A DNA stretch of 64,000 nt, taken from assembly GCA_023229865.1 (NCBI GenBank), contig JALNYL010000003.1:22109-86108 (forward strand), written 5' to 3'. A model generated the notes under the pieces. That model did no database searches. It saw only the letters and a list, made by a program, of their open reading frames with translations, and was not told the origin of the DNA. Every line of letters starts with the position of its first letter. The stretch's first letter is position 1. This DNA comes from Minisyncoccota bacterium. GTDB taxonomy: Bacteria; Patescibacteriota; Minisyncoccia; Phycocordibacterales; UBA1550. The position numbers and the translations under genes are program-made. Positions 55,352-64,000 of this stretch are shown here, one piece after another.

Positions 55352-56251
55352 TTATTTTTGAGTACTAATTAGATGGTCTCCCAAACCATCCTCTCTATCA
55401 TTTAAAGCACGTTTAAGCTCGGGGCGTAACCAATCTGGGGTGTCCGCAGGAAGATACCCCAGATTAAAAATTCGATTCAACGATGCGCTTTGACATTTAG
55501 GGGCTCTACCCCTGCCATCAATTGTCAAAAACGAAAAATTAATTTCAAAAAAATTCACAAGACATTCAGTGTCCATTTGATAATCAAATTTTGTATCAAT
55601 TTTTCCCCCATCATCGTGCGTAAGATACTCCATGGTCGCTAAATACTTTTTAGTAGCATTTAGCCCAACAAATGACTTTGTGTCTTTGTTGATGTAATCG
55701 GCACGCATTAGCTTAATTTCCTCGTTCAGTAAAGCTGTTTGCTGGATGTAATACAAGAAAAATCTATACTGGATTAACCCAAAAGTATTTTGAAGTGTTT
55801 TTCTTGCATCATCACTTATACTGTCTTCAATATAAGATTCAGGAAGAGAGGAGATGCCTTCCCCTGCCATTAAATTCATTCTCTCGTTTGAATTTGAAAT
55901 AAATATATCTTGATTCGTAATAAGATTTTTATATACCGCTTCAATTTGCGCACGCTCATTTATCCCTCTTTGGTGGGCTGGCACCCAAACAGCAACACCG
56001 ACGGAAGCAAGCACAGTAAGCAGCGCAACAACAATAGACCTAAAACCTACTTTTTTTGAAATATCTGCTTGCTTTTCTGAGTTCTTTATCTGTTCCTGAT
56101 TCAACAAAAACTGCTTTTGACTTTCTAGGGTATCAATTTCAGCAGAAATTTTTTCTTTATCAAACAAGATAAACTGCCCAAGAAAACCAGCGTTTTCAGC
56201 TAGTAATTTTTTCTTTTCCTGTATTTGTTCTTGGATATCATTGATTTCCAT
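55352..56251 (-). CDS. Gene E: AT-rich single-TM hypothetical protein heading the array
   Basis: Start MEINDI at 56251 (the upstream extension crosses a terminator); coiled coil + TM + soluble domain. Confidence 0.8.
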   Translation of the reverse strand: MEINDIQEQIQEKKKLLAENAGFLGQFILFDKEKISAEIDTLESQKQFLLNQEQIKNSEKQADISKKVGFRSIVVALLTVLASVGVAVWVPAHQRGINERAQIEAVYKNLITNQDIFISNSNERMNLMAGEGISSLPESYIEDSISDDARKTLQNTFGLIQYRFFLYYIQQTALLNEEIKLMRADYINKDTKSFVGLNATKKYLATMEYLTHDDGGKIDTKFDYQMDTECLVNFFEINFSFLTIDGRGRAPKCQSASLNRIFNLGYLPADTPDWLRPELKRALNDREDGLGDHLISTQK

Positions 56252-56272
56252 AATTATTAAATTCAATGATAA

Positions 56273-56302
56273 CACAAAACCACCCAAATGGGTGGTTTTG
56301 TG
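56273..56302 (-). terminator. Terminator of the ribosomal cluster
   Basis: CACAAAACCACCC-AAAT-GGGTGGTTTTGTG. Confidence 0.75.
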
Positions 56303-56347
56303 AAATGATTTCAAACGTTCAAATATTGGGATGTTACGCTCTAAGGT

Positions 56348-56455
56348 TTATCTCGAGATGAATACGAGGCACGGAAAAAGCGCCCGCGGAAGGTGTACAT
56401 ATAGTACTCCGACCAAGGGCGCTTTTTTTCGTAACGAAGTAGTCGCTCGAGATTA
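56348..56455. repeat. Palindromic MITE/RPE-like element
   Basis: ATCTCGAG...CTCGAGAT ends, AAAAAGCGCCC/GGGCGCTTTTT inner stem, GTAC-N5-GTAC apex, TTA at both flanks. Confidence 0.6.
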
Positions 56456-56908
56456 ACGCTTAGACCATTGAGGGGCCTTACGTGCTTTCTTCAAACCGAA
56501 CTTACGTCTCTCCTTCATTCTAGGATCACGCTTGAGGAAGCCGAGCTTCTTGAGACGCTTACGAGTCTCTTCGTCGTACTTCACGATTGCGCGTGCAAGT
56601 CCATGACGAATCGCTTCTGCCTGTGAGTGGATACCGCCACCGATAACCTTTGCGCTCACAGTAAACTTACCAGGAACCTTTGACTTCTCGATTGCATCAT
56701 TGATGATCGCTTGAAGTTCTGCTGTAGGGAAATATGCAGCAACAGTCTTGTCGTTTACGGTCACACCTTCCTTGGTGCCCTCGGTAATACGAACGCGCGC
56801 TGTTGAAGTCTTGCGACGACCAACTGCCTCGATGTAGCGAGCTCCTGTCTTCACTGCCTTTGGTGCCTTTACAGCTACCTCTTCCTTTGTTGTTGTATCT
56901 GTCGTCAT
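56453..56908 (-). CDS. rpsI: 30S ribosomal protein S9
   Basis: GRRKTS.ARV, GGG..SQA.A, ARKAPQWSKR. Confidence 0.98.
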   Translation of the reverse strand: MTTDTTTKEEVAVKAPKAVKTGARYIEAVGRRKTSTARVRITEGTKEGVTVNDKTVAAYFPTAELQAIINDAIEKSKVPGKFTVSAKVIGGGIHSQAEAIRHGLARAIVKYDEETRKRLKKLGFLKRDPRMKERRKFGLKKARKAPQWSKR

Positions 56909-56909
56909 A

Positions 56910-57257
56910 TTATTCTGTAACTTTTAAATTCTTCATACGAGCCTTATGCAAACGGTTGCGAGGGATCATACGTGAAATAGCGCGAAGGAAAACATCACTA
57001 TAGCCCTTCTTCTCAATAGTGTACGCAACGGTACGCTCCTTGAGTCCTCCAGGGAAACCAGAGAACAACTTGTGATGAACAGTCTTCATCTTTGAAGGCG
57101 CGATTGATGCCTTTGAAGCATTTTCAATCACAACCTCAACATCCGCAACCAAGTTGTTCTGGAATGCAGGTGAAGTCTTGCCCATAAGAATCATTGCAGC
57201 CTCAGTGGCTACACGTCCTACAGATTTTCCTTTTGCGTCAATTTTGTGTGATGTCAT
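56910..57257 (-). CDS. rplM: 50S ribosomal protein L13
   Basis: IDA..VGRVA..LMGK, SGFPGGLK. Confidence 0.95.
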   Translation of the reverse strand: MTSHKIDAKGKSVGRVATEAAMILMGKTSPAFQNNLVADVEVVIENASKASIAPSKMKTVHHKLFSGFPGGLKERTVAYTIEKKGYSDVFLRAISRMIPRNRLHKARMKNLKVTE

Positions 57258-57305
57258 AGTAGTAATATTTTAGTGCGTATTGGTCATGTCCAAGACATGA
57301 ATTTG

Positions 57306-57668
57306 CTAATTCACGAATTCAATAACGGCCATCTTCGATGCGTCGCCCTGACGACGTGGAAGCTTCATAATGCGTGTGTAGCCACCTGCACGCTCCTTGT
57401 AGCGAGGTGCAATCTCCTCAATAAGCTTCTTTGCACCCTCCTCACCTGACACACCACCGAGGCGTGAGATGATAAGACGGCGAGATGCGAGATCTGCAAA
57501 TCCACCACGAGTCACAAGCTTCTCAACGAATGGGCGGAGCTCCTTGGCGCGAGCCTCGGTAGTCTCAATATGCTCAGTTTTGATGAGAGAAAGTGCGAGT
57601 GAGCGAAGAAGCGCAATGCGTCCTGCGTGATCTCGTCCAAATTTTCGAATCGACTTGTGATGTTTCAT
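57306..57668 (-). CDS. rplQ: 50S ribosomal protein L17
   Basis: IETTEARAKE, GGYTRI. Confidence 0.97.
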   Translation of the reverse strand: MKHHKSIRKFGRDHAGRIALLRSLALSLIKTEHIETTEARAKELRPFVEKLVTRGGFADLASRRLIISRLGGVSGEEGAKKLIEEIAPRYKERAGGYTRIMKLPRRQGDASKMAVIEFVN

Positions 57669-57695
57669 AGTAGTAAATGTAAACCTAATAAATTA

Positions 57696-58667
57696 TTAAT
57701 CCTTGAGGGTAATGCTGTGTGCGGCAAGTGCGCGCTTGATTTCCTGGATTCCCTTGTCGCCCAAACCGTCGATTTCCAAAAGGTCCTCTTCAGTCTTGCG
57801 TGCAAGACCTCCAATCGTACGAATGTTTGCGTTTGAAAGCGCATTGTTGGTACGTGTCGAAAGGTCAAGATTTTCAACGCGTGTCTTCAAGAAGTCGTTG
57901 TCTGCAGCGTCCTTCTTTGCAGGCTTGTCTTCCTCCTTGGCCTCAACCTCAGCAATGGCCTCAACCTCTGCCTTTTCTACAAATCCGATAACTGACTTGA
58001 GCTGGTTGATCATAATCTCAATCGATGCTTCGAGAGCACGACGAGGAGAGATAGTACCATCAGTCTCTACGGTAAGGCGGAGACGGTTGTAGTCAGTACG
58101 ATCACCAACGCGCATGTTGTCTACTTCGTAGTTTACGCGACGAATCGGTGTGAAGATTGCATCAAGTGCAATAGTTCCAATGTCTACCTTCTCCTTCTGA
58201 TGAATCTCCTTGGCAACATAGCCGAAGCCCTTTGCAACAACGATCTCAATATTGAGTGATGCGTTCTTGTCGGTAAGGGTCGCAATGTGCTGCTCTGGGT
58301 TCAAAACCTCAACCTGGCCTGAGACCTTGATGTCACCCGCGGTAACATCTTTTGCTCCCTTCACAGAGAGCGTCACGGTCTGTGACTCCATAGTTGAAAG
58401 CTTGAAACGAGCCTTCTTCAAATTGAGAAGAATCGTAATAACATCTTCCTTCACGCCCTCGATTGTTGAGAACTCATGCTGAGCGCCCTCAATCTTTACG
58501 GTTGTGATCGCAGCACCAAAAAGTGATGAGAGGATAATGCGGCGAAGTGAGTTGCCGAGTGTGTGTCCGTACCCAGGGTAAAGACTTTCGATCTCGTAAG
58601 TTCCTTTAAAACCGTCCTCTGAGAGAACTTTTGGCTTCGATGGCAATGTAATGTTGTAGTCGAGCAT
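57696..58667 (-). CDS. rpoA: RNA polymerase alpha subunit
   Basis: GYGHTLGNSLRR, HEFSTI.GV.ED, DAIFTP, alpha-CTD. Confidence 0.98.
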   Translation of the reverse strand: MLDYNITLPSKPKVLSEDGFKGTYEIESLYPGYGHTLGNSLRRIILSSLFGAAITTVKIEGAQHEFSTIEGVKEDVITILLNLKKARFKLSTMESQTVTLSVKGAKDVTAGDIKVSGQVEVLNPEQHIATLTDKNASLNIEIVVAKGFGYVAKEIHQKEKVDIGTIALDAIFTPIRRVNYEVDNMRVGDRTDYNRLRLTVETDGTISPRRALEASIEIMINQLKSVIGFVEKAEVEAIAEVEAKEEDKPAKKDAADNDFLKTRVENLDLSTRTNNALSNANIRTIGGLARKTEEDLLEIDGLGDKGIQEIKRALAAHSITLKD

Positions 58668-58727
58668 TGTGGTGTAAATTTAGACGAAACTATAGCTTAT
58701 TTTGATAAAAGCAAACGGGATACTGAA

Positions 58728-59339
58728 TTAACGGCTGTAGAACTCAACAACTGACGTGAGATTAAATGACATCTCGGTCTGTCCCGGCTTTGGCTTGCCC
58801 TGGAACGTTGCAGTAATCTTCTCAGCGTCAATCTTGAACCATGTTGGCACGGTCAAAGTTTTCAAACGCTCACTCAAACCTTCAAAAAGTTTCGTGTTCA
58901 TACTTCCTGGACGAACAGCGATTACGTCGCCAACCTTCATGCGACGTGACGCGATATTGCTGCGGCGACCGTTCACGGTGATGTGACCGTGAGATACGAT
59001 CTGGCGAGCAAGTGCGCGTGAAGTTACAAAACCAGCACGGAATACTGCATTGTCCAAACGTGACTCGAGAGCCTCGAAAAGATATTCTGCAGGATTGATT
59101 CCCTGCTTTCCCGATGACTCCTTTACGTAATTTGAAAACTGCTTTTCGCTCACGCCGTAAGTGTGGCGAACCTTCTGCTTCTCACGAAGCTGGCGGCCGT
59201 AGTCAGTCACGGTTGAACGATGCTTCTTTTCAGAAATCAACTTTCCTGGTGGGTACGGACGCTTCTTAAAAGCGCACTTCTCACGTCCGCAAATGGTCTC
59301 CCCGAGACGACGACAAACTTTACATGTAACTCTGCTCAT
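58728..59339 (-). CDS. rpsD: 30S ribosomal protein S4
   Basis: QLREKQK, LESRLDN, RQIVSHGH, VVEFYSR. Confidence 0.98.
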   Translation of the reverse strand: MSRVTCKVCRRLGETICGREKCAFKKRPYPPGKLISEKKHRSTVTDYGRQLREKQKVRHTYGVSEKQFSNYVKESSGKQGINPAEYLFEALESRLDNAVFRAGFVTSRALARQIVSHGHITVNGRRSNIASRRMKVGDVIAVRPGSMNTKLFEGLSERLKTLTVPTWFKIDAEKITATFQGKPKPGQTEMSFNLTSVVEFYSR

Positions 59340-59364
59340 ATGTGATAATTAATAAATTGATGGT

Positions 59365-59799
59365 TTAAATTCTTCGTGGCTTCTTTGGCTTTGGTCCGTT
59401 GTGAGGAACCGGTGTTACGTCGCGGATTGATGAAATATCAATACCTTTTGAGTTTACGGCGCGAATCGAACTCTCACGACCAGCTCCAACGCCCTTTACG
59501 ACAACATCAACTGATTTCATACCAATCATTGCTGCCTTTTCTCCAACAAGCTCACCTACCTTTGCGGCTGCAAACGGTGTCCCCTTCTTTGCTCCCTTGA
59601 AACCAAGTGAACCTGAAGATGACCACACGAGCGCGTTGCCAGCCTTGTCCGCGAGAAGCACCTTGGTGTTGTTGTATGTTGATTGAACGTAAAGAACACC
59701 CTCAATAATCTTCTTCTTTGCGGTACGTGCAAGAGCGCGAGATACCAATCCCTGATCAACGCTCTGTCCTTCTTTTTTAATAATTCGTTTTTTGCCCAT
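59365..59799 (-). CDS. rpsK: 30S ribosomal protein S11
   Basis: STYNNT, TPFAA, DVTPVPHNG. Confidence 0.98.
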   Translation of the reverse strand: MGKKRIIKKEGQSVDQGLVSRALARTAKKKIIEGVLYVQSTYNNTKVLLADKAGNALVWSSSGSLGFKGAKKGTPFAAAKVGELVGEKAAMIGMKSVDVVVKGVGAGRESSIRAVNSKGIDISSIRDVTPVPHNGPKPKKPRRI

Positions 59800-59826
59800 A
59801 GTAGTTGTGGTCTTGTTGGTAATCTA

Positions 59827-60207
59827 TTATTTCTTGTCAGCCTTGCGACGTCCTGAACCCATTGTTGTACGCTTGTTGCCGCGTACGGTGCGTGAGTTTG
59901 TCTTTGTGCGCTGTCCGCGAACAGGAAGCTTCTTTGCATGACGTGTTCCGCGGTGTGCTTTGATTTCTTTCAAACGCTTGATGTTTGTTGAAATTTCACG
60001 CTTGAGATCTCCTTCGAGGGTGAGTCCTTCGATAACTTTACGAATTTTCGCTTCGTCATCGGGGGTCAAATCCTTGGCACGCTTGCCGTGGTCAATGCCG
60101 ACCATGTCGAGAAGCTCCTTTGCGCGTGGACGGCCAATACCGTACACCGCCGTAAGGCTTACCTCCAATCTCTTTTCATCTGGTATTGTTACTCCTAGGA
60201 TACGCAT
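59827..60207 (-). CDS. rpsM: 30S ribosomal protein S13
   Basis: LTAVYGIG, LPVRGQRTKTN. Confidence 0.98.
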   Translation of the reverse strand: MRILGVTIPDEKRLEVSLTAVYGIGRPRAKELLDMVGIDHGKRAKDLTPDDEAKIRKVIEGLTLEGDLKREISTNIKRLKEIKAHRGTRHAKKLPVRGQRTKTNSRTVRGNKRTTMGSGRRKADKK

Positions 60208-60236
60208 AATTCTTATATCTTAAATTAGTTTATCTA

Positions 60237-60350
60237 TTAACCCTGGCGCTGCTTATGGCGTGGGTTTTCGCAGATAACACGAATACGGTCTCCACGCTTG
60301 ACCGTCTTGCATTTCACGCAGATTTTCTTTACTGATGCTCGTACTTTCAT
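60237..60350 (-). CDS. rpmJ: 50S ribosomal protein L36 (missing from the ORF track)
   Basis: Translated by hand: [37 protein letters not shown]. Confidence 0.97.
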   Translation of the reverse strand: MKVRASVKKICVKCKTVKRGDRIRVICENPRHKQRQG

Positions 60351-60370
60351 ATTTAAACTGGTTTAGGTAT

Positions 60371-60403
60371 TGCCGTATTTCTATATGTATAAGAAATACG
60401 GCA
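60371..60403. other. 12-bp hairpin in the rpmJ leader
   Basis: TGCCGTATTTCT/AGAAATACGGCA. Confidence 0.55.
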
Positions 60404-60525
60404 GCGTTTCGAAAACAGTGAGGGCATTGTATCGCATTTCTAAATTAAATGCAAGCCCTCCCCCTTTTTCGTCCTGTGTATTTCTGCCTATTAATCACCC
60501 CACCCGAGAACCCCCTCCAAAATCC

Positions 60526-60741
60526 CTATAGACGCTTGATGATACGGCCTTTTCCGCCATATGGATCGAGCTTTACCATAACCTTATCCCCGATAAGGAC
60601 CTTGATACGGTGAAGTCTCATTTTCCCTGCCAAGTAGCAAATGATGATTTTCCCATCTGCAAACTCTACACGGAACATGGCGCTTGGTAGCGCTTCAACG
60701 ACTTCTCCTTGTGTAAGTTCCTCTTTTTCGATTTCTGCCAT
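60526..60741 (-). CDS. infA: Translation initiation factor IF-1
   Basis: G.VVEALP.AMFRV, GKMR..I....GD.V. Confidence 0.97.
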   Translation of the reverse strand: MAEIEKEELTQGEVVEALPSAMFRVEFADGKIIICYLAGKMRLHRIKVLIGDKVMVKLDPYGGKGRIIKRL

Positions 60742-60789
60742 TTGTGAGTGCTTATAGTACCAAAACTTTGACCCGACGTCAAAGGTCTA

Positions 60790-62151
60790 TTACTTCGTCA
60801 GGATTTTAACCGTAATTTTTGAAGCGTCTACAGGGAACATCGTCTTCCACATTGGGCGAATGACGGCGTCGGCTTTGTATACATTGGTCTCGCTGGTAAT
60901 CATGGTAGCAAAATCTTTCTTCTCCTTGCCGACGAGCGCGGTGCGGATTTTGTCTGAATCTATTTTCCCCACGAAGGTAGCCTCCCCGCCGATATGGAAC
61001 TTGAGCTTTGTGAGGTCTGAGAGAATAATGCTGTCGACAGAATCTACAAAAGCAAAGGTGAGCGCAGACATCTCGGGAATCGAGAGTGATTTATCTTTGT
61101 CCTCAGGAAGCGCGACCTCGGCAAGCTTTCGCGTCAAAAGTTCTGTATCGAAGAAAAATACTGACGCAGTCGCGCGAACCGAAACATTTGAAGTATCTGC
61201 TTCACTAAACTCCTGCGGTACTTCTTCAAACTTGATGACCATACTTCCTGGGAAGAATGATGAGCCGTCAGGAATCTGAGTACGCACTTTTTCAGCGGTA
61301 ATCTTTTTGAGGTCCTGCTTGAGCTCTTCGCGCGCAGCGATAATGGATTCGTCAGATGGCACTTTTACGACACCTGAAAATCCGCCACTAATAGGCGAAT
61401 CAGCTTTTGAAGCTGCGGTGATCTTGGAATAGCGGGGGTCCCCCTTGAAACCAGGGATAGTAAAATTGGTCGTGCCAATATTGTAATCCTTTGGCGCGAC
61501 GTCGGAGTATACTGTCACCTCCACTGAGCCGGGCACATTTTTTCCGCCCACAACTTTCATCCCAGGAACAACAACTGATTTATTGATACGAAAAATCTTG
61601 TGTTCAGGAGATTCGAGGCGCGTATTAATAACGAGAGACTGAGGCGCACTACTGTATGCATTGAAAATCACCACCTTACCTGACGCTTTTACCTGAACCT
61701 TCTTCTCAATAGTTGCAGGAACTTCTTTTGTCTTTTCTTCGGTAAGGGTCGCAGTATTAAAAACGAGCTCGCCCTCGACTGCCTCTTTTGGTACGGTGAT
61801 AGTCGCGTCAATCGTCGCAGGACGTGTGATCGGTACAATCTCAACCGTTGCCGTCGCAAAGAAATTTGCTACAACAAAACCGAGCGCAAGAAGCATCGTA
61901 AAAAGAAGTGCCCAGAGAATACCCTTCACCCCTGAACCAGAACGAGCATCCGAACCCGTGTCACCAGAAATAGGGCGTTCTACTTTCTTTGGGCGTGGCT
62001 TTTCAAAAAATGGGTTTGATTCAATACGACTACCACCACTACTGCGCTCTTTTGGAGCAGGTGTTGTCTCAGGGACAATGACAGGACGGCGCACGATGTC
62101 GTTTTGAGGGACAATCACGTCTTTCATTTGTTTTCGAATAATGTCGTTCAT
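60790..62151 (-). CDS. Single-TM conserved hypothetical protein with a large extracytoplasmic domain
   Basis: TM at about aa 77-98; KASGKVVIFN, TRLES, FTIPGFKG motifs. Confidence 0.8.
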   Translation of the reverse strand: MNDIIRKQMKDVIVPQNDIVRRPVIVPETTPAPKERSSGGSRIESNPFFEKPRPKKVERPISGDTGSDARSGSGVKGILWALLFTMLLALGFVVANFFATATVEIVPITRPATIDATITVPKEAVEGELVFNTATLTEEKTKEVPATIEKKVQVKASGKVVIFNAYSSAPQSLVINTRLESPEHKIFRINKSVVVPGMKVVGGKNVPGSVEVTVYSDVAPKDYNIGTTNFTIPGFKGDPRYSKITAASKADSPISGGFSGVVKVPSDESIIAAREELKQDLKKITAEKVRTQIPDGSSFFPGSMVIKFEEVPQEFSEADTSNVSVRATASVFFFDTELLTRKLAEVALPEDKDKSLSIPEMSALTFAFVDSVDSIILSDLTKLKFHIGGEATFVGKIDSDKIRTALVGKEKKDFATMITSETNVYKADAVIRPMWKTMFPVDASKITVKILTK

Positions 62152-62152
62152 T

Positions 62153-63334
62153 TTATTTTGAAAGTTGCTCGGTTAATTTTTCTGCAAGAAGCGCTTCGAC
62201 CACAATGAAGGGATCACGCACGACCCCTGCTTCAAACGCAACAAATTTGGAAACAATGAGCTGATCTAGATATTGTACCTCAAACGCTGCCCCAATCAAA
62301 AGTTCCGACTTCGCACTGAGAATAAGCTTTGAAAAAATAGGCTCGATATCGGCATCGGTGGTGAAGAAAATTTTACCTGGGAGGGCCTGTTTGTTGGCGA
62401 GGGTTGAAATAACTTTTTCAAAACGCGCAAGCCACTTCCCTTCTACAAAAGCGACGACTTCGGCAATCTGCGCGCGACGCGCTTCGTCGAGCTCACCGCG
62501 GAGATACATCGCAAAGAGTGATGCCGCCTCTGCGTGCACCGTACGGAGGCGTGCGGAAATCTCGCGGATAAAAAAGTTTTTACCGTACGGGAAAGAAATC
62601 GTCCCCACCAGAAGATCATCACTTACGCGCGAAACATCCGTAGCCTCACCAGTGATGTCGAGAAAAAGAAAATTTTTCTCCGTAGGATACATATCACGAA
62701 TAGTGTTGAACGCAGCCACAGGGAACGCGCCAAAATGAATCTCTTTTACGTGGAAGAATTTATGGATTTTGTGCTCAATACTTTTGATCACCTTTTCTGA
62801 AGAGACGCCGACTGTCGCAGCCAACTCCATACGATCAGTACGCTGCTTGTAGGGATTTTTGATTTCATAACCATTGAGCTTCATCTGAATGATTTTCTTT
62901 TCGATGACATGTACGTCCTGAGGAGGAAGCGTCTCTTTGAGTTCAACTTTCAAAAGCTCGACGTCTTCATTGATAAAACCTTCGAGTGTCTCTGGAGTAA
63001 CTTCAAACTCTACATCGCGCTCGATGTGCAAATTGCGCGTCTTCAAAATAAACCACGGAGAAGACATTGTGCAGAAGACAGCACCTGGCGCCCCGACGCT
63101 ACTCACTTGGAGTTTCTTGAGGACATTTTCAAGTGTGCGTCCCATCGCAAAAAGAAATCGTTGCGCAGAAAGTGCGTCTTGAAAAGAAATATCTTCACGA
63201 ACACTCGCAAGGACAACAGGGGCTGTGCCTTTTTCGATTCTTATCAGAGCGGCACCAACACTCGCTGAGCCAATATCAACAAGAAGCGTGAGTGGTTTGT
63301 TTGATTTTGATTTTGTTAAAAACGAGAGAGGCAT
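62153..63334 (-). CDS. Divergent FtsA/PilM-like actin-fold protein
   Basis: VDIGSASVG phosphate-1 and LDITGEATD phosphate-2-like motifs. Confidence 0.7.
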   Translation of the reverse strand: MPLSFLTKSKSNKPLTLLVDIGSASVGAALIRIEKGTAPVVLASVREDISFQDALSAQRFLFAMGRTLENVLKKLQVSSVGAPGAVFCTMSSPWFILKTRNLHIERDVEFEVTPETLEGFINEDVELLKVELKETLPPQDVHVIEKKIIQMKLNGYEIKNPYKQRTDRMELAATVGVSSEKVIKSIEHKIHKFFHVKEIHFGAFPVAAFNTIRDMYPTEKNFLFLDITGEATDVSRVSDDLLVGTISFPYGKNFFIREISARLRTVHAEAASLFAMYLRGELDEARRAQIAEVVAFVEGKWLARFEKVISTLANKQALPGKIFFTTDADIEPIFSKLILSAKSELLIGAAFEVQYLDQLIVSKFVAFEAGVVRDPFIVVEALLAEKLTEQLSK

Positions 63335-63386
63335 TACTCTTCTATTGTATCACGACGCCCTCATTTGTTTCAACGAAATAGACGAC

Positions 63387-64000
63387 TTACAACTTCTTCT
63401 TTAAAAATGCGAGATACTCTTTGTTGCCCTCTCCGCCCAAAATCGGCGAATCAGTAATCCCGAGGCAAGAAAAGCCAATCTCGTCAGCTTTTGCGAGGAC
63501 ATTTTTTATTGCATTCTGACGCGCTTCTTCGTCTTTAACCACACCACCCTTGCCGAGGTTGCCCTTACCTACCTCAAACTGCGGCTTGATGAGCACAATT
63601 GCGCTTCCCTCTTCTTTAAGAAGTCCGCGCATTGGTGTAAAAATGTTGGCAAGAGAAATAAACGAAACATCTACAACGGCAATATCTGCGAGCTCAGGGA
63701 GTGTCGCTTCACGAATATCAGTACTCTCCATTGAGATTACACGTGGGTCATTACAAAGCTCGGGCACGAGCTGGCTATGCCCCACATCTATTGCATACAC
63801 TTTTTTTGCGTCGTTCTGAAGAAGGCAATCAGTGAAGCCACCGGTCGACGCGCCGATGTCGACCGCCGTGAGCCCGGCGACGTTCACATTGAAATGCTTG
63901 AGTGCGTGCGCGAGCTTGAGTCCACCACGACCGACATACGGGAGCTTCTCTGTGACCTCGACAGGGATTACTTCATCAACAATCATGCTCGGCTTCTCGA
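63387..64000 (-). CDS. tlyA: TlyA-family rRNA methyltransferase (5' end outside the window)
   Basis: YVGRGGLKL, DIGASTGGFTD, DVSFISL, LIKPQFE, GNKE. Confidence 0.95.
   Translation of the reverse strand, partial: EKPSMIVDEVIPVEVTEKLPYVGRGGLKLAHALKHFNVNVAGLTAVDIGASTGGFTDCLLQNDAKKVYAIDVGHSQLVPELCNDPRVISMESTDIREATLPELADIAVVDVSFISLANIFTPMRGLLKEEGSAIVLIKPQFEVGKGNLGKGGVVKDEEARQNAIKNVLAKADEIGFSCLGITDSPILGGEGNKEYLAFLKKKL

Overview
This window looks like a chromosomal segment of a Patescibacteria/CPR (Parcubacteria-like) bacterium. That is an inference from the compact UvrA/UvrC/AspRS/L13 proteins, core genes without Shine-Dalgarno (SD) sites, the unlinked rplU and rpmA, and the FtsA-like plus unknown-protein pair next to infA. 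Most of the window is housekeeping: DNA repair (uvrA, uvrC, recR, rmuC, mutY, nth), dnaB, four aminoacyl-tRNA synthetases, cell-wall genes, scpAB, grpE-dnaK-dnaJ and the infA-rpsI ribosomal cluster. The most unusual signal is a pair of AT-rich accessory loci, about 14 kb apart, that are related in sequence. Locus 1 (32.9-39.2 kb) encodes a 1658-aa secreted beta-helix/M6-like metalloprotease with a two-helix membrane module in its middle. It is followed by a 4-TM gene frameshifted in an A7 tract, an orphan copy of its own C-terminus, and a second 4-TM gene. Locus 2 (53.0-56.3 kb) is a cassette-like array of membrane-protein ORFs. Each is bounded by a conserved promoter-bearing repeat at its ATG and a GGTCAG-type motif at its stop. 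One array gene is a free-standing homologue of the giant protein's membrane module, two belong to the same 4-TM family, and the repeat recurs upstream of the giant gene. No recombinase, attC site, CRISPR array, tRNA or rRNA gene was recognised. Other candidates are a switch-like structured RNA at 26.3-26.5 kb, a palindromic element after rpsI, a trio of Cys-rich mini-proteins, and SD-led single-gene insertions. All calls are by eye; no searches were run.
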